The notes: generated from the letters alone by a model not told the origin. A stretch of 63,861 nt of DNA, filler included, from Octopus bimaculoides (GCF_001194135.2; 7 parts of 7 records of this genome joined end to end with filler, not necessarily neighbours in it), one strand, 5' to 3'. Positions 27,574 to 40,703 are shown, numbered from the whole stretch's first letter. Numbers and translations: made by a program.

Positions 27574-28205
27574 NNNNNNNNNNNNNNNNNNNNNNNNNNN
27601 NNNNNNNNNNNNNNNNNTATACACACATATATATATGTACATATATACATATGCATATAAATATATATTTACACACATATATATGCGTGGGTTTATGTGT
27701 GTGTGTGTATGATGTGTGTATAAACGCACATACATACAAACACATACATACATACATGAATACATATATATGTATATACATATGATGGATCTTCCGTCGG
27801 TTCGGGCGATGAGCATTTAGGTGCTTGATTAACTGAACTACCCAGTCGTTAATTAAATGAACGTGCAAAAGGCTGAACGTTGCAAAAATATGTGTATCTT
27901 CAACCTGATACTCAGGTAGCTTCTACAAACGCAATATAATGACGAAACTAGAACTTTGAATTGTAAGATTCCACCACATTTTGCGTCTACTCGGTTCATC
28001 ACAGAAGTTCTCGGTCACCTTGACACTGTAGCAAAAGACACTCGGCAAAATTGCCACGTCATCGGATCGAATCCAGGATGCCATGATAGCAAACGCCCTA
28101 ATCATTAGGCTATATACTAACGATCTATCACTATCGCTGTCTCTTTCTTTCTTCCTCCCTCTCTTTTCTTCACACACACTTGATATATACATATATATAC
28201 ATATA

Positions 28206-28238
<33 letters not shown>

Positions 28239-28672
28239 NNNNNNNNNNNNNNNNNNNNNNNNNNNNNNNNNNNNNNNNNNNNNNTATATATGCATATATA
28301 TACATTTATATGTAAATATGTATTTATGCATGTATGTGTGTGTATGTGTGTATGTGTACCTAATCAAATATAATAAAGGAAGCTTAAATTACTATTATTT
28401 AATATTTCATATGGCTAATAAGGTTTCTTCTTCGTTTGAATAATAGTATTTAAATGCGTATCTGTGTGTATGCGCGTGTACACATACAGATATGTTAATA
28501 AACAGGCATGAAATACATATATGTAAATGTGTATGTATGCGTACACACACACACATATCCATTTACATATATATATATATACACACATATACACTTGCGT
28601 GTATTAAAATGTATAGAAGTGTGTGTGTGTTTGTGTGCATGTGTGTATGAATATATAAAAACAAATACGTAC

Positions 28673-28704
<32 letters not shown>

Positions 28705-28825
28705 TTAGTATAATACCCGTCCAAAACTGCGTGATTTTGATTCTCCCGCCTTTTATTAATTGTTAAAATTTTACTGAAGGTTCCTTTTTTTTCTTCAAAT
28801 TTCATTTTCTCTCTCCCTCTACACA

Positions 28826-28891
<66 letters not shown>

Positions 28892-28941
28892 NNNNNNNNN
28901 NNNNNNNNNNNNNNNNNNNNNNNNNNNNNNNNNNNNNNNNN

Positions 28942-28992
<51 letters not shown>

Positions 28993-29399
28993 TCTCTTAC
29001 GCACACACACACACGCACTCATATACATTCATACGCATACATTCACACACATACATTCACATGCATACACAACCTCTATTACGTAATATAGAAGCAATTT
29101 ATGAAGCTGCAAAATTCCCAAGCTGTTTTCTAGTCTCATTCGGAATTCTTTAAAATTGTATGTTTGCTGTAATCACACGTCAAAAGATAACAAGCTCAGC
29201 ATTAATTTCTTAAGTCAAGCCCCTAAAAACACTGCACTAGTTTTGATTATACACCACCAGGGATGAGTCCGGGGGAAATGCAGCTGTTGAACCCTAAATG
29301 GATTCAAAATGTCGACTTCTGGTTGATCAAACATAATGACAATTATTTATTACAACTACGATAATAACAACAATAGTAACTGCCATAGCAAGTACGATG

Positions 29400-29752
29400 A
29401 CCCCTACAATAAATACCCTCTTCACTCATGATTGACCACGGGATTGCACCTAGAAAGTTCCCTTCCGAGGCACAAGTGCGGGCAAGGTTGTTTTATGGAA
29501 GACCAGTAGTCGCCATGCATACCAGTCTCTCCTCTCTACGACAGCGATGTTATCCAAGGGAAAGAAGGCAAAGGGGCCGATACAGCTTGGCACCAGTGAC
29601 GTCGCAACCCATTTCAACAGCTGAGTGAACTGGAGCAATGATGAAATAAAGTGTCTTGCTCAAGAACACAACACACAATCCGGTCCGGGAATCGAACTCA
29701 CTACCTCATGATTGTGAGTTCGATGCTCTAACCACTGAGCCATGCGCCTTCA
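29400..29752 (-). mobile_element. SINE family D (tRNA head, CORE-like central segment)
   Basis: Reversed head ccgggaatcgaactcactacctcatgattgtgagttcgatgctctaaccactgagccatgcgcc, and reversed gtgttcttgagcaagacactttatt...attgctccagttcactcagctg. Fragments recur at about 40250-40295 and 50815-50905. Confidence 0.75.
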
Positions 29753-30008
29753 CCCAATAACAACTACAACAGCAGCTGCTATAACATGTACAATAATCTT
29801 TTCTACTCTAGGCATAAGGCCCGAAATTTTGAGGGAGAAGGCCAGTCGATTAGATCGACCCCCAGTACGCAACTGGTACTTAATTTATCGACTCTGTAGA
29901 AGCAGCAGCAGCAGAAACGGCAGCAGCGGCAACAGCAGCAGCAACAGCAAGAGCAGTCAGAACCACATAAACAAAAGCAACATCGACAATAACAATAATG
30001 ACAACAAA

Positions 30009-30039
<31 letters not shown>

Positions 30040-31349
30040 ACAGCAAAAACAATAACAACAACAATAATTGCGCCTCACCACCACTACAACGTATGAAGTC
30101 ATCAGAAACGTTAGGGGTCATACAATAGTGAAATCCGGGTTCAAATGCGTAGGTTCCCAGGGCGTGCGTGCGCACACCATTAACACATACAGGCACATAC
30201 ACAAATATCTTCACACACACACACATTTATACACATGCCGACGCAGATAAACGTCCATACATATACACATACCCAGTTTCTCACACAAACCCTCACATAC
30301 CTTATATATATATATATGATCATACATACATATCCACACACACTCATACACACACATACATACGTCCATATACACACGCATATGCACCTACATATATGCA
30401 TTCGTATCCACATGCATATATACATATACGTATACACTCACACGTACCTAGTCACACGCATACACACATATAAACACTTGCAAACACATATGTACACACA
30501 TACACATAGCTGTCCCCTCCTCCGCACGTGTACAATACAAACATCATTATATGCAGATATATAATGTACACATTGGGACGCAAGCACACGCACGCACACA
30601 CATTCCCACACAGACACACACACACACATACATACTCACATAACCCACTCTACACTGATACACGTTTGCACACATACGCACACATATACATACACACGTA
30701 TGCACACATACACTCATGCACGCATATGGTGGTTGCTCTATCTTCACAGATAATTACTGTCTCCCTTAGCTTCGCCGTTGTCAATGACATTTGTGACTCT
30801 TCTTCCATGACCTTTCAGACGAATATTCTGTCCCATGGTTTGAAGCATAGGTGACAGCTGAAAGTTGTAACTAATTATGCGCTTCCAACTGGTTAGGTCT
30901 ACACACGTTACTATTTTCCCTATCGTCACAGAACCTTCAATAGACAGAATGACGAATAATACGTTCACCATAAAGAGACATCTGTACGTCATTGGACTAT
31001 AGTGACAAACGATTGTAGAACACGAGAACCACTCTCTGAGTCTCTGCGATTAGCACCTAGGGACAAGCCAAAGCGAGATGACCAGTAATCACGTGAAATC
31101 TCAAGCTTTACATTAGTGTTCCGCTCCTAAATCGATGCACACATACATACATACATCTCATTACAGCTGCATCCTCGTTACACGAGAAAAGCCATTGCCA
31201 AGAAGACTTACTGAGATGATTCATGGTTGTTGTCATGTGATGCCCTTATATGACTTTTAAGCCTGGCCAAGCTTTTACATATTTAGAACTGTGAAATCTT
31301 GCATGCAATATTTTCAACCCTTCTTATTAATAACTGCATTGTTTCTTTC

Positions 31350-31630
31350 CAGGTAAACTGATATTTGGCTCTTCAAAGAAGACTTCAAAAGTAACTAGTA
31401 GCGACTTCTCTTGAAAAATGGACAAAATTTGGCATCGTGGAGTTATCTACTGTTGATAAATTTTTTGACGAACGGAATCAAATTTTCTTCACCAATGGGA
31501 CCCCATCACGGCAACACCGATGGCAGAAGTGTGTGAACCGCAAGGAGGACTAAGTTGAAAAATAAACCTTATTTGGTCACATTCCATGAGAGTATCTTAG
31601 TTAGCCTATGAACTTTTCAGCCGACTCTGT
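31350..31630 (+). pseudogene. Internally deleted mariner element
   Basis: The start MDKIWHRGVI is joined almost directly to a C-terminus VDKFFDERNQIFFTNG...HRWQKCVNRKED*VEK*. A right TIR-like end aacttttcagccgactctgTA follows. Confidence 0.75.
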
Positions 31631-32169
31631 AGAGTCAGCGTCACTCAGTGTGTGGCAAAGCTGATCTTCTGAATTCCATTTAAAATTATCCAACGTATTT
31701 CCGCATTGTTACATTTCATTCATATGGCTTAGGTTGGCGCACTTATCACCACCCACCTCATTAATAGTCTCACAAGACTACACACACCAGCTACAATATT
31801 TTCATACGCTTAAATACCATCAAAAGGGTGGATATGCCTATGCACTCAACATCCGGTTTTGAAATAGCATAGCTAACGAAGGAGGTAACAAAATAGCATT
31901 ACAGCTAAACTCCCTTTATACCCAAAACAGTTAACTGAAACCTACGACAACTACAGAATTCTTACATAGGTATCATGATAGAAGTTACATGTTCAAGACG
32001 AGCACGTGACCCTGTTTAACAGCACAATAACCACCTGGCCCTTGGGTATCATGTGGAGTTCATACAATTGCAAGCATTCAGGCCTGATTCCTCTTTCAAG
32101 GATAACTACCTTCCTTTCACCCACTAATTTCAGAGGACTTGAACATATACACACACATATATACGTATA

Positions 32170-32345
32170 CGACAAACTTCTTTCAGTTTCTGTCTACCAA
32201 ATCCACTCACAAGGCTTTGGTCAGCTCGAGGCTATAGTAGAAGACTATAGCAGATGGCTACAGTCCAAGGTGCCACTCAGGGGCACTGAACTCGGAACCA
32301 TGTGGTTGGTAAGCAAGCTACTTACCACACAGCCACCATGCGCCT
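32170..32345 (-). mobile_element. SINE family B head, reversed
   Basis: ttctttcagtttctgtctaccaaatccactcacaaggctttgg...gcaagctacttaccacacagccaccatgcgcct. Confidence 0.85.
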
Positions 32346-32610
32346 ATATATATATATATNNNNNNNNNNNNNNNNNNNNNNNNNNNNNNNNNNNNNNNNN
32401 NNNNNNNNNNNNNNNNNNNNNNNNNNNNNNNNNNNNNNNNNNNNNNNNNNNNNNNNNNNNNNNNNNNNNNNNNNNNNNNNNNNNNNNNNNNNNNNNNNNN
32501 NNNNNNNNNNNNNNNNNNNNNNNNNNNNNNNNNNNNNNNNNNNNNNNNNNNNNNNNNNNNNNNNNNNNNNNNNNNNNNNNNNNNNNNNNNNNNNNNNNNN
32601 NNNNNNNNNN

Positions 32611-32840
32611 TGTGTGTGTGTGTGTGTTTGCGTTTGTGTTTGTCCCCCACCACCGCTTGACAACCGGTGTTGGTGTGTTTACGTCACCCATAAATTAGCG
32701 GTTCGGCGAAAGAGAACCGATAGAATAAGTACCAGGCTTAACAAAATTGAGTACTGAGGTCGATTCATTCGACTAAAAATTCTTCAAGGCGGTGCCCCAG
32801 CATGGCCGCAGTCTAATGACTGAAAGAAGTAAAAGATAGA
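32611..32840 (+). mobile_element. SINE family B tail
   Basis: tttgtcccccaccaccgcttgacaaccggtgttgg...ggcggtgccccagcatggccgcagtctaatgactgaa. Confidence 0.85.
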
Positions 32841-32859
32841 AGGCATTGACTTCTGTTGT

Positions 32860-32864
32860 TGCCT

Positions 32865-32904
<40 letters not shown>

Positions 32905-33730
32905 ACCCCAGGTCAGCCTTCACTGTACAGATTATTCATATTCAAAGTTCTTCCAGCTGATGCAGTGATGATCAGTTGGTGAGTGTATGGTGTTTGTTCT
33001 TCTGTAGTGTTGTTGTTGTTGTTGTTCTTGATGGTGGTGTTGGCCTTGTTGCTGTTGTTGTTGTTATTGGAGGTGGTGATAATAAATTAGCGGTGGCATT
33101 TATAGTGACGATGGTGATAATAAATTAGCGGTGGCATTTATAGTGACGGTGGTGACGGTGGTAGTGGTCGTGATAGTGGTACTAACGGTGTTAGTAGTTG
33201 TTGCTATGGTTCTAATGATTGTGATAGTTGTGGCATTAGGGTGGTGCTGTTGTTGTTGTTGTTGTTTTTGGTAGTAGTGGTGGTAGGGTGGTGATGGTGG
33301 TAGTGGTAGTGCTGAAGGTATTGAAAAATGGGGAAAGCATTACAGATGGTGATGGTAGAGGTGTTGATGGTGGAGATGGTGAAAGTGGTGGTGGTTGCGG
33401 TTATAAGCAATGTACTGAAGGCGCTGAAGAGGATGAACAAAGAAGAGAACTGCATTATGAGAACTGTGAGTGTTTGTTGCATTAGAGGCAAAACTGTAAA
33501 GACACAGAGGAAGGAAGTGAGCTGATTGCGTGCGCGTGTGTACGTGTAGTGGTGATTATGGTGACAGATAGATAGAAAAAGAGTGTGTGTGTGAGAGAGA
33601 GAGGGGAGAGAGAGAAAGGGAGAGAGGGACAGAGAGAAAGAGGCACATAGATAGATAGAGAGAGAGATAAATAGATAGTTAGAAGGTTAGAGAAAGAGAG
33701 AAAGAAAGGGGGAGAGACAGATAGATATAC

Positions 33731-33778
<48 letters not shown>

Positions 33779-33950
33779 TGACAGTCAGATAAACATACAT
33801 GCATTCATACAGACAGACAGACAGCTAGCTAGATAGATAGATAGGCAGGCAGGTAAGCATGCAGGCGGACAGACAGACAGATAGATAGTTAGTTAGTTAG
33901 TTAGTTAGTTAGATAGGTAGATAGATAGATAGATAGATAGACAGATAGAN
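32860..33950. repeat. Compound low-complexity block: (GTT)n, degenerate (GGT/GAT)n, (AG)n, (GATA)n, (GTTA)n
   Basis: Directly visible simple-repeat runs. Confidence 0.9.
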
Positions 33951-34895
33951 NNNNNNNNNNNNNNNNNNNNNNNNNNNNNNNNNNNNNNNNNNNNNNNNNN
34001 NNNNNNNNNNNNNNNNNNNNNNNNNNNNNNNNNNNNNNNNNNNNNNNNNNNNNNNNNNNNNNNNNNNNNNNNNNNNNNNNNNNNNNNNNNNNNNNNNNNN
34101 NNNNNNNNNNNNNNNNNNNNNNNNNNNNNNNNNNNNNNNNNNNNNNNNNNNNNNNNNNNNNNNNNNNNNNNNNNNNNNNNNNNNNNNNNNNNNNNNNNNN
34201 NNNNNNNNNNNNNNNNNNNNNNNNNNNNNNNNNNNNNNNNNNNNNNNNNNNNNNNNNNNNNNNNNNNNNNNNNNNNNNNNNNNNNNNNNNNNNNNNNNNN
34301 NNNNNNNNNNNNNNNNNNNNNNNNNNNNNNNNNNNNNNNNNNNNNNNNNNNNNNNNNNNNNNNNNNNNNNNNNNNNNNNNNNNNNNNNNNNNNNNNNNNN
34401 NNNNNNNNNNNNNNNNNNNNNNNNNNNNNNNNNNNNNNNNNNNNNNNNNNNNNNNNNNNNNNNNNNNNNNNNNNNNNNNNNNNNNNNNNNNNNNNNNNNN
34501 NNNNNNNNNNNNNNNNNNNNNNNNNNNNNNNNNNNNNNNNNNNNNNNNNNNNNNNNNNNNNNNNNNNNNNNNNNNNNNNNNNNNNNNNNNNNNNNNNNNN
34601 NNNNNNNNNNNNNNNNNNNNNNNNNNNNNNNNNNNNNNNNNNNNNNNNNNNNNNNNNNNNNNNNNNNNNNNNNNNNNNNNNNNNNNNNNNNNNNNNNNNN
34701 NNNNNNNNNNNNNNNNNNNNNNNNNNNNNNNNNNNNNNNNNNNNNNNNNNNNNNNNNNNNNNNNNNNNNNNNNNNNNNNNNNNNNNNNNNNNNNNNNNNN
34801 NNNNNNNNNNNNNNNNNNNNNNNNNNNNNNNNNNNNNNNNNNNNNNNNNNNNNNNNNNNNNNNNNNNNNNNNNNNNNNNNNNNGAATCCCTGTAT

Positions 34896-35370
34896 ACCCA
34901 TCATAACTACCCGTCTGATAAGGGTACATCAGACACATGCATCACAACCATATGTGCGCGACATGGTGACTGTATATCAAGATAAACAGCGCATGACCCT
35001 GCAGACGGGGCCCAGTTAAAATTTTCTTCAGGTCGAGTAGCTCAAACCCCTCAAAAGATTCCTGAATGAGGGTTGTTTAAGGATGTTGAACGAAACACCA
35101 TTATTTCCAGAGGTGAATTATCCAAACCCCAAAGCATTCCTCTCAACACATGGTTATGATGCTCCCCCACTATTTCTGCTCATGATCAGAGATGCCCATA
35201 GCGTCAGCTACCAAGGGACATGCTCAACTGGTTAAGATCAAACAACTGACGAGCAAATCTGTGGTATTGAGCAGAATATTTGCTGTAGCCCATCTTTTAT
35301 ACCAAGACAAAACTATGTACATGATAACACTTCCAATTAATTAAGATCAGAAGCCATGAGAGACACTGCC
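34896..35370. repeat. About 470-bp dispersed repeat, copy 2
   Basis: Colinear with 24838-25310; followed by (TAT)n(CAT)n. Confidence 0.9.
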
Positions 35371-35424
<54 letters not shown>

Positions 35425-35817
35425 CATCATCATCATCATCGTCGTCATCATCATCAAGGTGGTGAGCTGGCAGAATTGTTAGCGCGCTGGACGAAATGCT
35501 TAGCGGTATTTCGCCCGTCACTACGTTCTGAGTTCAAATTCCGCCGAGGTCGACTTTGCCTTTCATCCTTTCGGGGTCGATAAATTAAGTACCAGTTNNN
35601 NNNNNNNNNNNNNNNNNNNNNNNNNNNNNNNNNNNNNNNNNNNNNNNNNNNNNNNNNNNNNNNNNNNNNNNNNNNNNNNNNNNNNNNNNNNNNNNNNNNN
35701 NNNNNNNNCTTCGAGGTCGATAAAATAAGTACCAGTTAAAGCACTAGGATCGATGTAATCAACTGTCACTCTCTTCCTAAAACATGCTGGCCTTGTGCCA
35801 ATCTGAAGCCATTATTT

Positions 35818-36049
35818 ATTTCTTTATTGCCCACAAGGGGCTAAACATAGAGGGGACAAACAAGGACAGACAAAGGGATAAAGTCGATTACATCGAACCA
35901 GTGCGTAACTGGTACTTAATTTATCGACTTCGAAATGATGAAAGGCAAAGTCAACCTCGGCGGAATTTGAACTCAGAACGTAACGACAGACGAAATACCG
36001 CTAAGCATTTCGTCCGGTGCGCTAACGATTCTGCCAGCTCGCCGCCTTG
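35818..36049 (-). mobile_element. Full SINE family A (tail type 2) with 16-bp TSD
   Basis: The direct repeat tctgaagccattattt occurs at 35802-35817 and 36050-36065. The element is inserted at the tail end of another A copy. Confidence 0.9.
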
Positions 36050-36699
36050 TCTGAAGCCATTATTTGTGCCTTTGAGTGGCAGAATTAGTAGAATGTCCCA
36101 CTTCTACCTACAAGTATCTTTTACGTTCTGAGTTCAAATCCTACAAGGGTGGTTATCAACCTTCGTTGTCTTCCATTATCATTTCCGGGAGTTTGAGTCA
36201 ACAGTCAACTATAACAACCAATCGACCACCTGCCTACCCCTTCCACCCCCGTTTTTCCAATATAAATTCGTTGTTTTTGTGCAACAATTTTTTTGCAAAC
36301 CTATATCTATAATTCATATCGTTGCGGAATAAGTTTCATAATCATGTTTTTGTTATAGTTCTTTTTTGTTGTTAACACTTTATTATTGGAAATTTTTCCT
36401 GATTTTCTACCATTCTTTTTAAATTTTAGAGTGAAAAAGAAAAAAAGATTTCTAGCTGTTCCGGATGTAAAAACAATATTACAAATTATTACCGGTTCAG
36501 TTATTTATTATTGAAACATAACGAGGGTGGCGCGGGTTGTAGTCTGGTTGTGGAATGGAAAGTTATTCTATAGCGTCATAGAATTACTAGAGTGTCGTGT
36601 TAAAGCCTTTAGTAGAATTTAGTAACGAACTCTTTACATTTCTGAGTTCAAATTGCGCCCGAGGTAGACATAGCTCTTTATTTCGTTTGAAATTTTGGC

Positions 36700-37205
36700 A
36701 AAGGGCCAGTGATTTTGGGAGACGGGGTAAATCAATTACATCGACACCCCCGCCCCCAATATTCAACTGGCACTTATTTTATCGACCTCGAAAGCAAAGT
36801 CGACCCCTCCGGAATTTGAACTCAGTCGATTAGATAAACTTCAGTACGCAACTGGTACTTAATTTACCGACCCCGAAAGGATAAAAGGCAAAATCGACCT
36901 CGGCGGAATTTGAACTCAAAACGTAAAGACAGACTCAATACCGCTAAGCATTTCGCCCGACGTGCTAACGTTTCTTATTTCTTTATGCCCACAAGGGGCT
37001 AAACATAGAGGGGATAAACAAAGACAGACAAAGGGATTAAGTCGATTACATCGACCCCAGTGCGTAACTGGTACTTAATTTATCGAGTCCGAAAGGATGA
37101 AAGGCAAAGTCGACCTCGGCGGAATTTGAACTCAGAACGTAAAGACAGGCGAAATACTGATAGGCATTTCGCCCGGCGTGCTAACGTTTCTGCCAGCGCG
37201 CCGCC
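36700..37205 (-). mobile_element. Cluster of three reversed SINE family A copies (last one full length, tail type 2)
   Basis: The module ctggtacttaattt...gaaaggcaaagtcgacctcggcggaatttgaactcag repeats at about 36765-36830, 36850-36970 and 37065-37205. Confidence 0.85.
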
Positions 37206-37270
37206 TTCTTTTCTGGGTTTATATATTAAAAAATAAAGTGCTAGTCAAGTACTTGGGCTGATTTAATTTG

Positions 37271-37326
<56 letters not shown>

Positions 37327-38000
37327 ATGTATTCTTTCTGCTATAAAACGGTAAGTCGTGATTTGAGGAATATTTTGCTGCTATTTCTTGCACATGAAGA
37401 GACTTCGTTGTAGATGCTCTCTCAGTTACATATAATGACCAATTCAAGTACTAAAGGTGTCAATCGAACCCCTTTTTTCCCACCGCCCACTTCCAAAAAC
37501 GTGTGACCTTGTGCTCGGGGCAATGTATGACAGTGAGTACGAAGGACGAAATGCATTCTAGAATTTAATTACGGCCATTTATGTTCTGAGTTCAAATCCC
37601 GCCGGAACTGTCGTTTTTCCCTTTCATCCTTATGGGATCGATAATTATGTTAATGGCAACAGTATTAATGAATGTTCATGCGTGTTTGAAACGCTTAATA
37701 TAATCACTTGTGATTAACACTGCTGCTGTTGTTGTTGTTGTTGTTGCTGTTGTTGTTATTGTTTAACTCCTGGTCAGCCTTGATCCAGCAGATCTCTGAT
37801 TACTAAACCTGTTTCAGTTTTTGCCATACAGTTTTTTTTAGTGTATCTAGGACTACATTATCTCTGTTTTCCCTTTCTTTTTCGATATTTGAGGAACACA
37901 AATGGAAGACTCACTCGCGCATGCAGCGCATACAAATACACAAGCAAACACACGCATTCAAATAAACACATTGAAACGGACATGCGCATTGAAACGCATA

Positions 38001-38220
38001 TACGAGGGGACGCTGAAAAGTTCCTGGTTTTGGGTGAAAAAAAAAAGGTGTAGGAGGATCAGTTATGATTTTATTCACCGTATTCCCCTCTCAAGTCCAC
38101 ACACTTATTACAGCGGTCCTTCAGTTTTTCTAAGTCCTGTAAAAGAACTCGGGAGGGTTGTGCCTCTAACCTAGCCTTTTGCGGCTCCCTTAAAGCCAGG
38201 AATTATTAGCACACCCTGTA
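38001..38220 (-). mobile_element. Mariner-derived MITE, same family as 5060-5282
   Basis: TIRs TAcgaggggacgctgaaaagttcctggtttt / aaagccaggaattattagcacaccctgTA. The minus strand retains LEKLKDRCNKCVDLRGEYGE*. Confidence 0.85.
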
Positions 38221-38479
38221 CACATACACTCATTCAAGCATATATACGATAATGATGTGGCATCGATGTATATAGACATAATTACAAATAGATTAACACA
38301 CACTTATAGACATACAGAGACGTGCGGGAGTGGGTCAATGCATATAGATACACATCTATCTAAGCATCTAGATCAGGGATCTCGAAAGTTGGACTATTCA
38401 AGGGGTCGATAAATGCACATGTATTTAGTTATTATTATTACTACTATTTATTTGTTTTCTTGTACATGCCTGGGAGTCG

Positions 38480-38670
38480 ATGAAGTAAGAGTGAGAGAAA
38501 GTTGTGGTAATAGAGTACAGCACGGTTCGCCATCATCCCCTGCCGGAGCCTCGTGGAGCTTTAGGTGTTTTCGCTCAAAAAATACTCACAACGCCCGGTC
38601 TGGGAATCGAAACCGCGATCCTATGACCGCGAGTCCGCTGCCCTAACCACTGGGCTATTGTGCTTTCACA
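38480..38670 (-). mobile_element. SINE family C 5' half
   Basis: Near-identical to 48220-48410 (cccctgccggagcc...gggaatcgaaaccgcgatcctatgaccgcgag...ccctaaccactggg). Confidence 0.85.
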
Positions 38671-39848
38671 TATGAAATGGCACATAATATGAAATTAACG
38701 AAACTCAACTGAATTGGAAATCTCAACATAAAATATTCTCTTTACCTTCTTTCACAATCTGCTGGAGTGTCTCTCTTCCCGATATATTCACGCACCATGC
38801 AGTTGAAAAGATGAAATTTTTGAAATTACTCATTATTCATTTCACCCCGTTTTAGGCATTATTTNNNNNNNNNNNNNNNNNNNNNNNNNNNNNNNNNNNN
38901 NNNNNNNNNNNNNNNNNNNNNNNNNNNNNNNNNNNNNNNNNNNNNNNNNNNNNNNNNNNNNNNNNNNNNNNNNNNNNNNNNNNNNNNNNNNNNNNNNNNN
39001 NNNNNNNNNNNNNNNNNNNNNNNNNNNNNNNNNNNNNNNNNNNNNNNNNNNNNNNNNNNNNNNNNNNNNNNNNNNNNNNNNNNNNNNNNNNNNNNNNNNN
39101 NNNNNNNNNNNNNNNNNNNNNNNNNNNNNNNNNNNNNNNNNNNNNNNNNNNNNNNNNNNNNNNNNNNNNNNNNNNNNNNNNNNNNNNNNNNNNNNNNNNN
39201 NNNNNNNNNNNNNNNNNNNNNNNNNNNNNNNNNNNNNNNNNNNNNNNNNNNNNNNNNNNNNNNNNNNNNNNNNNNNNNNNNNNNNNNNNNNNNNNNNNNN
39301 NNNNNNNNNNNNNNNNNNNNNNNNNNNNNNNNNNNNNNNNNNNNNNNNNNNNNNNNNNNNNNNNNNNNNNNNNNNNNNNNNNNNNNNNNNNNNNNNNNNN
39401 NNNNNNNNNNNNNNNNNNNNNNNNNNNNNNNNNNNNNNNNNNNNNNNNNNNNNNNNNNNNNNNNNNNNNNNNNNNNNNNNNNNNNNNNNNNNNNNNNNNN
39501 NNNNNNNNNNNNNNNNNNNNNNNNNNNNNNNNNNNNNNNNNNNNNNNNNNNNNNNNNNNNNNNNNNNNNNNNNNNNNNNNNNNNNNNNNNNNNNNNNNNN
39601 NNNNNNNNNNNNNNNNNNNNNNNNNNNNNNNNNNNNNNNNNNNNNNNNNNNNNNNNNNNNNNNNNNNNNNNNNNNNNNNNNNNNNNNNNNNNNNNNNNNN
39701 NNNNNNNNNNNNNNNNNNNNNNNNNNNNNNNNNNNNNNNNNNNNNNNNNNNNNNNNNNNNNNNNNNAAAATAACACTGACATCTCATTTTTGCAGATATA
39801 TTTACCAAAATTACATAGAGATATCTTGAAATACTAAAGAGTAAATTC

Positions 39849-40100
39849 ATTCAATAAAATCGCCATTGGCTTCAACCATGGCCTCCAGACGACTTTGGAA
39901 TCTCCTGCAACTCTTCTGGATGGTCTCCTTGTTTAAGTTGATGAATGCTGCCATAATCCTTGCCTTCAGCTCATCTTTGGTGTTGCAAGGAGTTTTGTGG
40001 TCTCTCGCTCAACTACGTCTCAATCAAAGGGGTTGCAGTCTGGGGAGTTAGGTGGCCAGATATTAGGAATGATGTGATCGCAGAAATCATCTGACAACCA
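39849..40100 (-). pseudogene. Tc1/mariner-superfamily transposase C-terminal relic
   Basis: WLSDDFCDHIIPNIWPPNSPDCNPFD* [frameshift] KTPCNTKDELKARIMAAFINLNKETIQKSCRRFQSRLEAMVEANGDFIE*, containing the WPPxSPDxNPxD motif. Confidence 0.85.
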
Positions 40101-40597
40101 TGCGCATGCGGGAAATAAAAAATATAAAGTGGCGACAATTTACCTATCGCACGCTGCACACACACACACACACACACACACCCGCACGCACGCACGCACA
40201 CACACACACACGCGTGAAGATATACACATACTAACATAAATACACAACTGTATCCTTGAGCAAGGTACTTCATTTCACATTGCTCCATTTCACTCAGTTA
40301 AATATGAATACTAACGACAGACTAGCGCCTTCTCCAGGGGTGGATCTTGCACTCTGTGTCGCCTAAACGCCCCGGAAGATGGGATAACCCGTTTTCTCGT
40401 CTGTAGGCTCGACACAGACTTGATATCCGCAATTGTTCCGCACTTCTTTAGTTAATTCTAATCGTTGTGGATCTTAATAGGGTGTGTGTCTGTAAATGCA
40501 TGTTTATATGTATACGGACGTATCGATTGCATGTATTTGTGTATATATGTGCGTGTGTGTGTCTCTCTGTGTGTATAGATTTATATATACACAGAGT

Positions 40598-40653
<56 letters not shown>

Positions 40654-40661
40654 TAGGTAGG

Positions 40662-40703
<42 letters not shown>

